A stretch of 64,000 nucleotides of DNA from the NCBI GenBank assembly GCA_965202585.1, contig OZ241829.1, positions 7,564,001 through 7,628,000 on the forward strand, written 5' to 3'. Of this stretch, positions 40,115-52,959 are shown piece by piece; the first letter of the stretch is position 1, and the number at the start of each line of letters is the position of its first letter. Source of the DNA: Thalia democratica. Its lineage: Eukaryota. Position numbers and translations under genes: made by a program. The notes beneath the pieces are model-generated. The model made no database searches. It saw nothing but the letters and a program-made list of their open reading frames with translations, and was not told the DNA's origin.

Positions 40115-40608
40115 AACGGGTAGCTGTTAAATATACTTGAAGGGTCGATTTTGCACGAATACCTTTTTGCTGGAGGGGTCGCTTTTTAACGATGAAACAA
40201 TTTTGCACGAATATATTTTTGCACAGCCTCAATTTTAAACTAAGACACTTTTGCAAGGGTTCAATTTTTTTAACTTTTTATTATTAATTTTATATATGTT
40301 ATTTTTACTATCACTTTTACCCCTTACCTCAGTCAGCAATTTTTCTTCTTTTTTGATTTTTATTAATTTGTTTTTTATTTGCTTTTTATTATCATCCTTT
40401 TTTTTATTAATACCTTTTACTCAGTTTTACGTTTATTATCACTGTTACCCCTAACCCTTACTCTCAGTCGGTAACTTTTTTTACTATTTTTGTTTTTAGT
40501 TAATTTTTTTATCTTTTTTGTTTTTATTAAATTTTTTATATACTTTTTTACGCTCGTGCAGAAAATGACCTTCCGTGCAAAAATGTCTTTGTATTTATTT
40601 AACCCGTT
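40115..40608. mobile_element. MITE of the ccctaacc-core family
   Basis: aacggg...aacccgtt ends, ttttgcac(g/a) repeats on the left, gtgca(g/a)aaat on the right, and a central ttacccctaaccctta. Confidence 0.7.
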
Positions 40609-41004
40609 CGCCCACAAAATAATACAAATTAAAAACAACATTATATACTAATCTTTATTAAACTGTATTAAAAAAACTTAATCTCTAAACAAAACTATAA
40701 CTTTAATTTATAAAAGTTTTAAAGTATCTAACTTTTAATTGTGTTACAAAAACCATTTTTATTTTTACTAGTTATTCGTCAACTACTTACCAAATTTAGA
40801 TTGGGATTATACTAAATAAGCTAAGAAACTATTTACAAATTTATTACACTTAAAATACAATTTAAAGGTAAATTATTTAAAACAAAGAACCTATATAAAT
40901 AGAAAATTATCTTTTTAGGGTTTAACAAAAAGTTATAGATTTTGTTGGATCGGTCTTTTTTAAAAGATAGTAAAAAGAAAAACGAGTCAATAAAAAAAAA
41001 ACAT

Positions 41005-41420
41005 ATTGTTTGCATGCTAAATAAGGATCCTGTAACAAGAGTAAAACTTGAAAACCTTATCTAAATAATTATCAATTATTATACCTGATCTAATTTTTTA
41101 AAGCTGTTGAATAAGGTAGAATGTTTTAATTTTTTATTACTTTAAAAAAATACCTCAATGAAAATAGTAGTTCATTTGTATGTTTTTGTTTTTTAATTTC
41201 ATAACAGTACGATTTATTTTCACTTTAAGTTTCTAGAATTTTTAACATTTACTCATATATAAAACTTTGACGTAATAATAAGTACAATTAAGTAACTTGT
41301 AACATTTTACGGTAAACTTGAAATTTTCATCTAATAAACCAGGTGTTTTGTTATAACAAATTACGAATTTTGATGTAAGTCATAATTTTTGCTGAGATTG
41401 TAATAAAGTTAAAGTTTAAC
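41005..41420 (+). pseudogene. Kinase remnant E: last 19 codons plus 3' flank
   Basis: 41005-41064 reads IVCMLNKDPVTRVKLENLI*. The downstream sequence matches the reverse complement of about 45880-46240. Confidence 0.85.
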
Positions 41421-43137
41421 AAAAATTCAAAAATTATTTTATTTTATTTCTGTCTTGTAACATTTTCTTGATCAAAAACATTATTTTATTGATTTTTAAA
41501 ATTATCTTTTAATAAAATTGTCGCTTCAGCTATTTCAGAAATACATTACAACTAAATATTAAATACAACTAAATTGTTTAAAGCTTGTAAGCAATTTATT
41601 TCATTGCGAAAACGTTTAAAATAAGTTCAAACAATACTTTAAAAAATAACATTCTAAACTTTATACTTTCTTTTTAACATCTTATATTGTTTCTACAGTC
41701 TTGAATACTTCTTCGAAATTACAAACTCATATAGAACGTAATATTAAAAGTTAATTTTTTTTTTAAATAAATACAACTATTTCTTTGAAAATTTATCAAT
41801 AATGTTTTACCACATTATTTATGTAAACTATAGAGTTGTAAACATAACAATATTAAAACAAAAATATATGCATAAGTTAGGTACAAAACGTTATAATCAA
41901 GTTGTACAATAATATCATATAAAATTAGCGTTACAAAAGAACTGTACAAACTTTAAACAAACTGCACGATGATAATACTGACAATAAATACGAAATTACC
42001 ATTTTCTTTAAGTAGCAGGTAAACAAAAACACGTTTTCATTTGCTTTTCATTTCCAGTAAAAACTATCAACAACTTTTTGTATACTTAAACACTCATTTT
42101 GATTTAAAGATGCCGTGAAAAATTGACTCATTGTGCAAAATGGACTATGCGACAAAAGTTACCTGTTCTAGTTTAAAAATAACTATTATTAAATGTCAGC
42201 ATCACAAGAAAAAAGTATTTGCTATATATAAAGCATTTTGTATTCTAAGTTTTACTATATACAAATAAACCCAAAACTATGTAACTAACGCTATAATGTA
42301 CTATCTTTACTACTATATAAAAAATAGTCATAATAGTAAAACGGTTGACTTAATTTTCCTGATCATAGACATAAGTTTTTCCAAATATATTTTCTATTGT
42401 TATATGTATCTAAAGTAAACATATCTATAAGTTATATTATTTGTAAACAACTTTTTAATTCATAAACTGTCTATTTTGAACGCTACTTTATAAACTTCAA
42501 TCAATAATAAATATTAAAACTTTTTTATACACATTTTGCGTCATTTTTACAACTTAGCTTAAGTTTTTATAAACTTCAAAATATATACTTAATAAATAGA
42601 TTATTCTACCTTTAATTACGTATTAAAGTTGTATAAAGTATGTAAGAATACCCTTTTGTTTTACAATTAAAAATATCTTTTTAATCTAAAAGAGTTAATA
42701 TTATTTTAATGATTTCTAATTATATACGATATCTCATCCTACATATATTGAATAAAAACAATGACTGATGTTCATTGTTCATAATGCATTTACTCATTTA
42801 ACTGCTAATAACAGTTAACAGACCGAAAATCAGCTACTTCAACATCCGTGCTTAACCCTAAACTATCATTTTAATTTTAATAAAAACATAAATTAATTGT
42901 GTTTAATAATCTTAGATTGATATTAAAGTTTTAAGTTTGAGTCAACTCAAGAACTAACGCTGTCGAATGCTATACAAACAGAGTTTTTAAGCTAATCTAT
43001 CAAAACCATCTTTAACTATCTGTTTGTTTTCCAATTATTTTTAAACTCTATAGTGTACACAATTTCGTTAAACAAAACTGTAAATAAAAATGCAAACAAA
43101 TTTTATTTTAAAAACCATTTATCCGTTTTAAATACAG

Positions 43138-44062
43138 TGTCACAGCCAGTTGACGAAGTTGATCTACTTGCCCAGGAGACTTGGTGAGAGTTGGTAAAGG
43201 AGAATTGTCTGGTTTGACTTGAAAAATCACTAAAATTGACGTCACAATGCTGCCAAGTCACCTAGAGTTTAAGGTTAGCCAACATTAGCTTGTAAACTCA
43301 AAAAAATATTATAATAAAGTATATTTCGTCAAACTTTCATAAGTTAAGAGAAAATTATAAGTTTATTAACTTTATCAAACAATAAGTTTTATATATAGTA
43401 ATTGTAAACTAAGCTAACTAGTTGAAATAAGATTTATTTTTGTCCGAGGAGTCTCTGGAATTTTAAGCGCAACGAGGTCAGGAAACAATTTAATGTTGGT
43501 AACCATGTTAAATTTATCAATGGAAAGCATATGGTTCATACAGGTAACAATAAACGCTAATGTAAACTTTCAGCGATTATTATTACTTGTTCAGCTAAAG
43601 TTTTAGATAATGTTCAAGCTAATATGGATTTTACCTCGTTATAGTTTTAAGTTAATAGTATAAGTAGCTTTAAAGTTATATTTTTATAAAATTATTTTGA
43701 ACTTTTGTTATAGTTTTCTGTGTTTTAGAATTAGTGAATGTTGTTATTATAATAACTTAAATTTTTTAATCAACTTTACGGTTACTGTGTATATAATAAT
43801 AGTAGTAAAAAAGTACAATACGTTTTTTTCGTACTATGAATAATAAATACAAATATTTTTTTATTTTAAAGCTGAAACACATATACTTATTATATTTATT
43901 TAAACAGGTCTAGTATTGACAGTTAAACCGAATAATGTTGTCATCATAGCAGACCTGACACTAGGAAAGCTGGAAGTCTTGCCTCGAGACCTGCACCTAT
44001 TCGATAGGAGGTTTCAAGTACAGCAACTGTTAAAATGTTGTCTAATACAATGTGATGCATGA
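43138..44062 (+). pseudogene. SUPT5H: Unprocessed SPT5 fragment (KOW2-KOW3); exons 43138-43273, 43449-43543, 43908-about 44000
   Basis: Reconstructed PGDLVRVGKGELSGLT*KITKIDVTMLPSHLEFK|ESLEF/KRNEVRKQFNVGNHVKFINGKHMVHT|GLVLTVKPNNVVIIADLTLGKLEVLPRDLHL matches the SPT5 KOW region. It has one nonsense codon and two frameshifts. Confidence 0.85.
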
Positions 44063-46239
44063 TTGAATAAAAAAAAATCAATTAGAAAAATATGTTGTAG
44101 TGCGAAGTACATATAAACAAGTCGAACGAAAATTAAATATTATATTGATTGTTTGTATTGACAAACAGTTGTTAAAATTTTAATTTTATCATCAATTAAT
44201 TTTCAATTTTAAAGTGACAAAATAAGTCTTTACCACTTTGTCTACAAAATGTCTAGAAATCAGCCCTATCGACTTTAAATGATTAGGCCTTTCTTGAAAT
44301 TAACATTGAGAAAAACTACAAAAAAATTGAAATGAAATAACATTAAGTATATTTGTGAAGACTTTGAAGTATATTTGTGAAGACTTTAAACTTATTTATA
44401 AAGGGCTGCCAACCTCTACCTTAGATTTTTAAAAAACTTTTATGTAGCTATAAAATAATTTCAAGAATGAAACAATCGAAATTTACTTTATTTAATATAG
44501 CAATAAATTTTATTTTTAAGTATTTTTAATAATTTAAGTAAACTTAGTAGGATTATATTTTTCTGGGCAGTTATATTACCTTTATTGTGTACAGTTTGGT
44601 TTGACAGGTGCTACAGCAGAATGCGTGTTTTAAATACAAGTGTTTTGTATCTTACATGATTTACCGATTTGAGTAATTTGTACTCAAAGCAATAATATAA
44701 AACTTTTTTAAAAGTTAACCAAGTACAGTAGGTTTTCGCTTAAGTACGTATCTAGTACGTATCTAATTACAACTAATTTTGAACACTGACCTTAAAGTAA
44801 ACTCTACCAATATGAAATTATAAATCTACAGCTTTTTATGTTTGCTTTTTTTGAACTAGAATATCTTAAATAAAAATTCTTTAGAGCAAGTCTTCTACTT
44901 TATTGGGTGTTGTGAATATAAAACTAGTGCACTGCTAAGCTTTAAAACTTTTGTACGCTAGCTATTACATTATACATATAATTCATATTTTTGTTGAACA
45001 GTATTAATAAATTGTCTAATATTGTTTCATTTCGTAAATTTAGATAAAACATTTAAGAATTGATGTTAATGAAAAATACGCAAGAAATAAACAATTTAAC
45101 AGCGGTCATAAAGTTTTCGGAAAAAATTATTACGGCACAGAATCTGAAGTAATACGAGATTTTGTATTACTTCATTCAAATTATAAAACATTACTAAACT
45201 TAGTTCAAAATATTTATTATTATATGATAATATAACATAATAAACTTATTATTTATTTTTTAGTGAATAATAAAACATGTTAGCAAAAGGTGTTTTATAA
45301 ACTGATAAGCTTTAAAAGCTATCAATACAATGAACCTTTTCATATTAAAAGCAAATGAAAAAATAAATGATAACTATTGAAAAGTATATTTTTTATCATG
45401 TTTCTGACTAATATGACATTATACTAATTCAATAATGCTGTGAATTCGGACTTATGATGACGTGTTTTGAACTAAACTCTTTTGAAAACCTTTATGTGAG
45501 TTGACGTTTGTTTATCAGGTTCACTAATAGTATGTATGGGGTATGATGATGCAATTTCTTATAACTTAAGTTTTGACATTTATTCTCGTAATATAAACAA
45601 ACTACTGAGTTAATTTTTTTAGTTTGTTATAGAGTTGTTTTTTATTAAAGATAGTTTATTGAGATAGATTAACAATATTATAATGCTATTAGCTGTTAAA
45701 AATTATTTATTTATAAAATAAGTTTAACTTTATTTTTAACATTCTGTTAAGTTAACAATATTTTTATAAAAAGTTTTTTTTAAATAGACAATTTATGTTT
45801 CAATCCATTTTGACAAGTATCATAAAAAGGAAATAACTAGGATATTTTACTGTTTGTCAGTTCAGACCCTTCAATTAATTTTTGAATAACTTGAACTTTA
45901 TTACAATATCAGCAAAAATTATGACATTTTCAAAAGTCTTAATTAGTTACTACAAACCATCTGTTTTATTAGTTGAAAATTGAAATTTACCGTAAAATAT
46001 TACAACTCACTTTATTGTTCTTATTATTATTATTATATCAAGGTTTTATATATAAGTAAATGATAAAAATTTTAGGAAGTCAAAGTGCAAAATAAATAGT
46101 AGTGTTAAGATATTGAAAAAAAAAAAGCAAATGAATTACTATTTTTATTGAGGTTATTTTTAAAGTAATTAAAAATCCAAACATTCTACTTTTTTAACAG
46201 CTTTAAAAATTTAGATCAGATAAAATAACTAATAATTGT

Positions 46240-46963
46240 TTAGATAAGTTCTTCCAGTTTCACTCTTGTTACTGGATCTGGATTTAGCATGCGAACAATC
46301 AATTCAAACAGATCCTTTTCTCCAGCGTCGTTCTTATCAAAATAAGACTCTATCTTCTTAACTTCGCCTTTTATGTATACAAACTCTGGCTCTTTCAAAA
46401 AATCTATTTCATTTTCATCCTTTGACAACTTTTGACCAACCTTCTTCTTTTTATCATCTTCGGTCAATTTCAAGTTTATCCTCTTGATTTCATGTTGAGT
46501 AAATGGATCAATCATCAAGTGGATCATCCTGAAAAGTTCCTGAACAGTATCCACCTTGAAAAGTAATTTTCCTGTGAAAAGTTCGAACAAAGTGCAGCCG
46601 ATCGACCAAACATCGCATGGATACCCGATCTGTTTAAATAAAACTAATGTTAAATTTATAAGTTTAATTACAAGGCAAAACATACAAGTACTTGGTTTAT
46701 AAGAATATACTTCTTTTGAAGATAATGGCTTACTCTTTTAAAGATATTTACTTATATTAAGTTGCTTGTTTAAGTAAAGTAGTTTACTTACTGAGTAATC
46801 TACTTAAACAACCTTGTGGCCCATTATGACGTCAGGAGCGCGGTACTGAAGTGTTGTTATGACGTCAAAGTTGAATTCTTCCTCCCAGTACACAGAGCCA
46901 AGGTCGCACAATTTGATGTCAGGCTTCATGTAAAAATCATTTTTCCACTGGTGGTAGTAATAC
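46240..46963 (-). pseudogene. Kinase copy C, exon 1 lost; exons 46963-46813 and 46629-46240 are open
   Basis: Near-identical to exons 2-3 of copy D. Homology ends inside intron 1 at about 47085, where the satellite starts. Confidence 0.92.
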
Positions 46964-47085
46964 CTGTTTAACAAAAATGTAAATAAACTACATATTATTT
47001 AATCATTAACATTTGAATATTAATAAATATCTGTATAGTTTAAAATAGAATAACAAATATTTCTTTAGTAAGACGTATAATAGCA

Positions 47086-48407
47086 TTGAAATTTGAGTTA
47101 AATTACAAACGATATTAATTAAAACTGCTTAAAGCACGTTTTTTAATAAAATTATACTGTTCATTATAAATATAAAGTTTAATTTAGACCTTAAGTTAAA
47201 CGAACTATGAGTTACCCCATAATTGAGTATCACAAAATATACTTGAAATTTAAGTTAAATGACAAACGATATTAATTAAAACTGCTTAAAGCACGTTTTT
47301 TAATAAAAATATATTATTCATTAAAAATATAAAGTTTCATTTAGACCTCAAGTTAAACGAACTATGAGTTACCCCATAACCGAGTATCACAAAATATACT
47401 TGAAATTTAAATTAAATTACAAACGATATTAATTAAAACTGCTTAAAGCACGTTTTTTAATAAAAATATACTATTCGTTATAAATATAAAGTTCATTTAG
47501 ACCTCAATTTAAACGAACTATGAGTTACCCCATAATCGAGTATCACAAAATATACTTGAAATTTAAGTTAAACTACAAACGATATTAATTAAAACTGCTT
47601 AAAGCACGTTTTTTAATAAAATTATACTGTTCATTATAAATATAAAGTTTAATTTAGACCTCAAGTTAAACGAACTATGAATTACCCCATAATCGAGTAT
47701 CACAAAATATACTTAAAATTTAAGTTAAATTACAAACGAGATTAATTAAAACTGCTTAAAGCACGTTTTTTAATAAAATTATACTGTTCATTATAAATAT
47801 AAAGTTTCATTTAGACCTCAAGTTAAACGAACTATGAGTTACCCCATAATTGAGTTTCACAAAATATACTTGAAACTTAAGTTAAATGACAAACGATATT
47901 AATTAAAACTGCTTAAAGCACGTTTTTTAATAAAGTTATACTGTTCATTATAAATATAAAGTTTAATTTAGACCTTAAGTTAAACGAACTATGAGTTACC
48001 CCATAATCGAGTATCACAAAATATACTTGAAATTTAAGTTAAATTACAAACGATATTAATTAAAACTGCTTAAAGCACGTTTTTTAATAAAATTATACTG
48101 TTCATTATAAATATAAAGTTTCATTTAGACCTCAAGTTAAACGAACTATGAGTTACCCCATAATTGAGTTTCACAAAATATACTTGAAACTTAAGTTAAA
48201 TGACAAACGATATTAATTAAAACTGCTTAAAGCACGTTTTTTAATAAAATTATACTGTTCATTATAAATATAAAGTTTAATTTAGACCTTAAGTTAAACG
48301 AACTATGAGTTACCCCATAATCGAGTATCACAAAATATACTTGAAACTTAAGTTAAATTACAAACGAGATTAATTAAAACTGCTTAAAGCACGTTTTTTA
48401 ATAAAAT
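47086..48407. repeat. 157-bp tandem satellite, about 8.4 units
   Basis: Unit starts at 47086, 47243, 47400, 47556, 47713, 47870, 48027, 48184 and 48341 (partial). Confidence 0.97.
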
Positions 48408-48414
48408 ACAAATA

Positions 48415-48970
48415 GAGACCTTATAAGACCAACCAAGCACCTTCTACGACAAATATCGCTCCTACAAAGTACTTGGCTAGTACTGATTTAACTGCTTCTA
48501 GAAAAAATAGTACTTCAAACGTTTTTGGTCCTACACGCAGTTATGATCCACCTGTATCGAGATTTTTCGGAAGTTACCTTCAAAAAGAACCTAACACCAG
48601 TAATTACAACTTGCTTATGCTCGATTTCAATCGTGTAAACTCCACATTAAGCAGGGTCATAAGAAACCAGCAGTCAGATCACACGCTGTTGGAAGGACTC
48701 GAGCAGCAAGTAGACGGTAACCACAAAACGTATGAAAGTCGCTTCGATTCGCTTGATCATATTGCAGCTGATAGTCAAAACCGTTTTGATGAAATTGTAA
48801 AGCGCTTTGACTATTTTGATAAACTTCATGATGACGCAAAAGGCGAAAGAACGCAAAGGTGCGCAACCATTGCAAATGTGTTACAAGTCGTTTTTCTAAT
48901 TGCAATAATTGTGTTATTGTCTGTACAGTTGTACTACATTAATCAGCTCTTCTCAAGCTTCTCTGAATAA
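48415..48970 (+). pseudogene. MHS-family copy M4, 5' half lost
   Basis: Homology begins abruptly at gagaccttataagacc (mid-gene) next to the satellite. The frame is open to SSFSE*, but there is no native ATG. Confidence 0.9.
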
Positions 48971-49368
48971 CTTCTACAAATTAATTTCAGACTTCAGACC
49001 TGTGATCCCCCTCTTTTTCAGTGTCACTTTTATCAGAACTTTTTTTTTATACTCTTGTGATTTATTGTTAATTTTTACCGCCTTAGCTGTTAATTCAGTT
49101 ATTCGTTTTTAATAAATATTTATGAAATTAACTTTGTTACATTATTTAATATTATTAGTTAAAAAGATAAATAGTATCAGCATTATATATACTAACTATA
49201 AAACAAGAAAATAATTCACAAAAAAAATAGAAATGAAGAAAAGCAACCTACCTTTAAGGAGCTGTAACATAGATGCTAATTAAAGTAAAAATTCTTAGTT
49301 ATTGAAAATAGTTAAACTAAAAAAATAAGATTAAAAAAGTCAACGAAATTTTGTTAGTTAAAAAGATT

Positions 49369-49440
49369 TGCAGTGCGGACTCGAACTCGGGTCTCTAGAT
49401 TGGAAGGCACCGGTGGTGACCTCTCCGCCATGATTCCACT
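49369..49440 (-). mobile_element. tRNA-derived element (SINE head or tRNA-Gly(TCC)-like pseudogene)
   Basis: A-box-like tggcggagagg, then tgccttccaa, gacccg and B-box-like agttcgagtcc. The acceptor and T stems do not pair. Confidence 0.6.
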
Positions 49441-50280
49441 TGGATGCTATTACATTTTCGAGTATACATAACAAAATTATTTTCATAATCGATCTTTTGG
49501 CAACTATCAATGAAACTCGAACCCAAAATATTTTATTGGAATAAGCACAATGGAGTTAATTTGAAGCTGTATCAAAAAGTAGTGTATAAATACAACATTA
49601 AACAATTTTTGATGATTTTTATACCTTTCAAAGACAGTTCACTTGTTAACACACTATTGCACAGTCAGTTTTACTATTAATCTAATCGCAACCCTTACCG
49701 TTGGTCAGTAATTTTTTTTTCTTAACATATTCAAAGAAAGCTTTTTGGTATCATTGCTCATTTTTCGAAAAAAAAACTGGAAAACTTACAAAAAGTCATA
49801 AAAATAACATAAAATCAAAAATTCCACAACAAAACTTCATTTGAGTCGTTTCAAAATGTTCACAATCTGTTTGTGTGTAGCCACATTTAAAATAAATCAG
49901 CTTAAAACTCCAAGGTCGCTTTTTTTTGATCCCATTTTGCATTGGCGTGGAAATTAGAAAATCGGTTAGAGGTAAGGTGAAAGTTTCTTCAAATCATTTA
50001 AGTCAACACAGAAAAATTAACACCAAAGCATAACTTTTTTAACAACTTTTCTAACCATATTTTAGTTCTTTGTGTTTGTTTTTAATGAAATTAGAACTAT
50101 TCTATTCAATTTATGTTTTTTGAACTAAGTTTATTCTATTCGTTGATATTTGTAAATACCTTCTGTTACGGAATTAGTGTTTTGAAAACGGAATACTTTT
50201 GTACATAGTAAAGTTAAAGAATAATTTAAGATGCTGACTAGTTAAACCTAAAATATAGATAAAATTTTATCAATAAAAGT

Positions 50281-50360
50281 GATTACCACCGGACTCGATC
50301 TCGCGACCTTCTGCTCACGCATCGGGTCGGCGATCGCTGAACCACACAGCCACTTGCTTG
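50281..50360 (-). mobile_element. Second tRNA-derived (SINE-like) head
   Basis: A-box-like tggctgtgtgg and B-box-like agatcgagtcc at tRNA-like spacing. Confidence 0.45.
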
Positions 50361-52856
50361 TTGACTTCAATGCTGGTATATAAAGTTTAAAAACTTTAGA
50401 TTTAAATAAGTTCATTTAGTACTTATTAGTTTACCTTTCTGTAAATTGCTATTATTTTTTTATTTGAAACATATTTACAAAGATAAGACTGTTTTTTTTT
50501 ACACATAACGTTTACGTGAATTTTAATATTTGAAAGTTTTCCATTCAAAAGCTGCATAAGCAGAGCAAGTGTACTTATTAAAGGCAGTTTTGATTTTTGT
50601 TGCTTAAATCTAATTTAAAAGAACAAAACTGATTAAATGCTTTGATAATAAGAAAAATTCAGCGTGCAAAAACTTTTTTTTGTACATTTAAAGTATTAAA
50701 ACTTTATAAATTAAACAAACTTATCCAGCTTTTATTAGCTATTATGGCAAAACAGATGCAAATATAACCTAACAGTTTATATATTATCGAAAATCAGAAC
50801 TAAAGCAAAGGAGATATATTTCAAAATTAAAATCAACATTATAACAGCATTTATATCACAAAGCAAAGTTTTAGAAACATCACAAGCATTTACGTTGTCG
50901 TTTTGATATTTTGTTGAACCAGCCAGTAATGAAAATTATATGGGTATGAATAAAATGTGGTAGAATATCTAAACTTTTAAATCATCAATGCCAGGAATTC
51001 TAATTTACCTGCCTGGACTTTTATGTCAAATAAATTCACGTGGTTGCTTATAATGCTGATAAATTTAAGATTATTGATTGTAATGTCTAATTAAGCAGAA
51101 GTATAATAAAGAATGTAAGGCTGAACTACATTAATCCCAGGCGTTTCTACAGTTAAAAGACCAAGTTTACCCTTCATTTTACGTATGATTTGATTTTTTA
51201 AAATAATGAAAAGTGTTAAGGTTAACCGAGAAAAAAAAGATACTTTAAAAAACTTAAACTTAGTAGATGTACTTCAAAACATAGGTAAGTAAGGATATCA
51301 ATGTCTTTCAAACTAATTAACAGCAAATTTATGCTTAGATATAAGACATTAGAAAGCATTGTATATGATACACATAAAAAACCCTGTAGACCAAAACCTT
51401 GGCTTAGATGGCACTAAATAATTGTTATTAAAATATAACTAAAAATAAAAACTTAAAGTTATAATGGTACTTAGTCGGTGTAACGGTATTTGATTTATTT
51501 TATCAAAAGTACAGAGCTTGTACCTACCATTGTTTATTTATTTTAACACATTCGGTGGTAAATAAAGTTATATATAATGGTTAAATCTAATAGAGACCTT
51601 TAAACTCATAAAGGCTCTAAATGGAATTTTATTTGAAATGTAATTATTACTTAAAAGAAACAGTTTAATGTTTTAAATTTATAGCTAAATACATATGTTG
51701 TTTGTGATATAAAACTAGATACGATCATATAGAAATTAGATTCATGTATATGCAGCAGTAAAATATTTAAGAGCTAATTGCCATATATATTTGTATCTGT
51801 TAGTTTAATTAAGATGCACATTATCCAATACATGGACATATAGTTAGTGTTATTCATTACTATATAAGTTGCTTTATTCAACTTAAAAATATAGAGCAAT
51901 TAAATAATTTATAAAACATACCATACACATACAACTTAAGTGTAAGTGAAATTTATGCTAAACTAAGTTTAAACTGTATAAGACTACAAAGTGATGACGT
52001 AATAATAGTAAAAAGGTAAAAATGAAAAATATTACATAATTACTTGAAAAATCGTGGACAAAAACAGTCTGATTTATTAAAGTCTAACTTAAAAGACGCC
52101 CAAACTGTTTTATACAAGTTAAGACGTAAATACTTACTTGTGTAAATGGAAAACTTTAGCGTAGATTTTCCAAAATTTAAGTTGTTGTGGAGTGACAACG
52201 ATACTAATTAAAACGAGAAGTTAATGTACTCACTTACTTTGTATAGTTTATCAAGTAACCAACAAAAGATGTTATCAGACCTGCTGATCAACAAAGTAAT
52301 AATACATATAATCAAAACAGTGGTCAAACTTGAAATAGACATATACCAAATGTTAAATGTAATATAAATTAATTCAATGTACCTACTACAGAATGTTACT
52401 TAACATATAAGTTTTAGTAGATAATTATAAATGCCATAACAACTAAACAAATGATTAGCTTTGGTGTATTACAAACTTGCCATAACTAACTTTCAATAGA
52501 CCTTTATACACAAACAAACTAAGATGTAATTTATTTACTAGACATACTAGGTATTTAATACTGTGTAACAATGTAATTAGTTAAATGACGACAATAAAAT
52601 GATCCTGATAAATAAAATTACAAAGTAAGTTGAAGTGTTTATTATAGAATAATACCAGGCTGTCTACTACAAATCTGTAGCGTTTGTAGTACGACACCAA
52701 AGATACATACTATAAAACATAAAACTTTACTTGTAATTTATATATGTTAGTATTGAGTTTAAAAGAAAAATAACATACCAAAAAATTGTGCGTAACTACT
52801 CGTACATCAAACAAAAAACTAATTAGGTGCCGACCAGCATAAGGACGCGGCCTAAA

Positions 52857-52959
52857 GGACGGCTTTCGTTATTTGTGCAAAAGTCCCGGGAGCAAGAGCT
52901 GCTCCGATAGGAGCAGCTCGCAGCGGGAGGGACTTATGCACAAATAACGAAAGCTGTCC
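52857..52959. repeat. GC-rich nested inverted repeat (31-bp outer arms, 10-bp inner stem)
   Basis: 52857-52887 vs 52929-52959 are reverse complements with 2 mismatches. The inner gagctgctcc-gata-ggagcagctc is perfect. Confidence 0.9.

Larger units (their letters stand above)
42315..47085. repeat. Segmental duplication block, direct paralog of 57247-62020
   Basis: Colinear over about 4.8 kb at an offset of about 14.9 kb. Confidence 0.97.

Noticed and set aside
40441-40465. Telomeric repeat (CCCTAA)
   Set aside because: It is a single imperfect unit inside a recurring MITE core, not an array.
47086-48407. CRISPR-like array
   Set aside because: Whole units are near-identical with no unique spacers, there are no cas genes, and the context is eukaryotic. 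It is a satellite. The same applies to the 103-bp arrays.
49369-49440. Functional tRNA-Gly gene
   Set aside because: The acceptor and T stems cannot pair.
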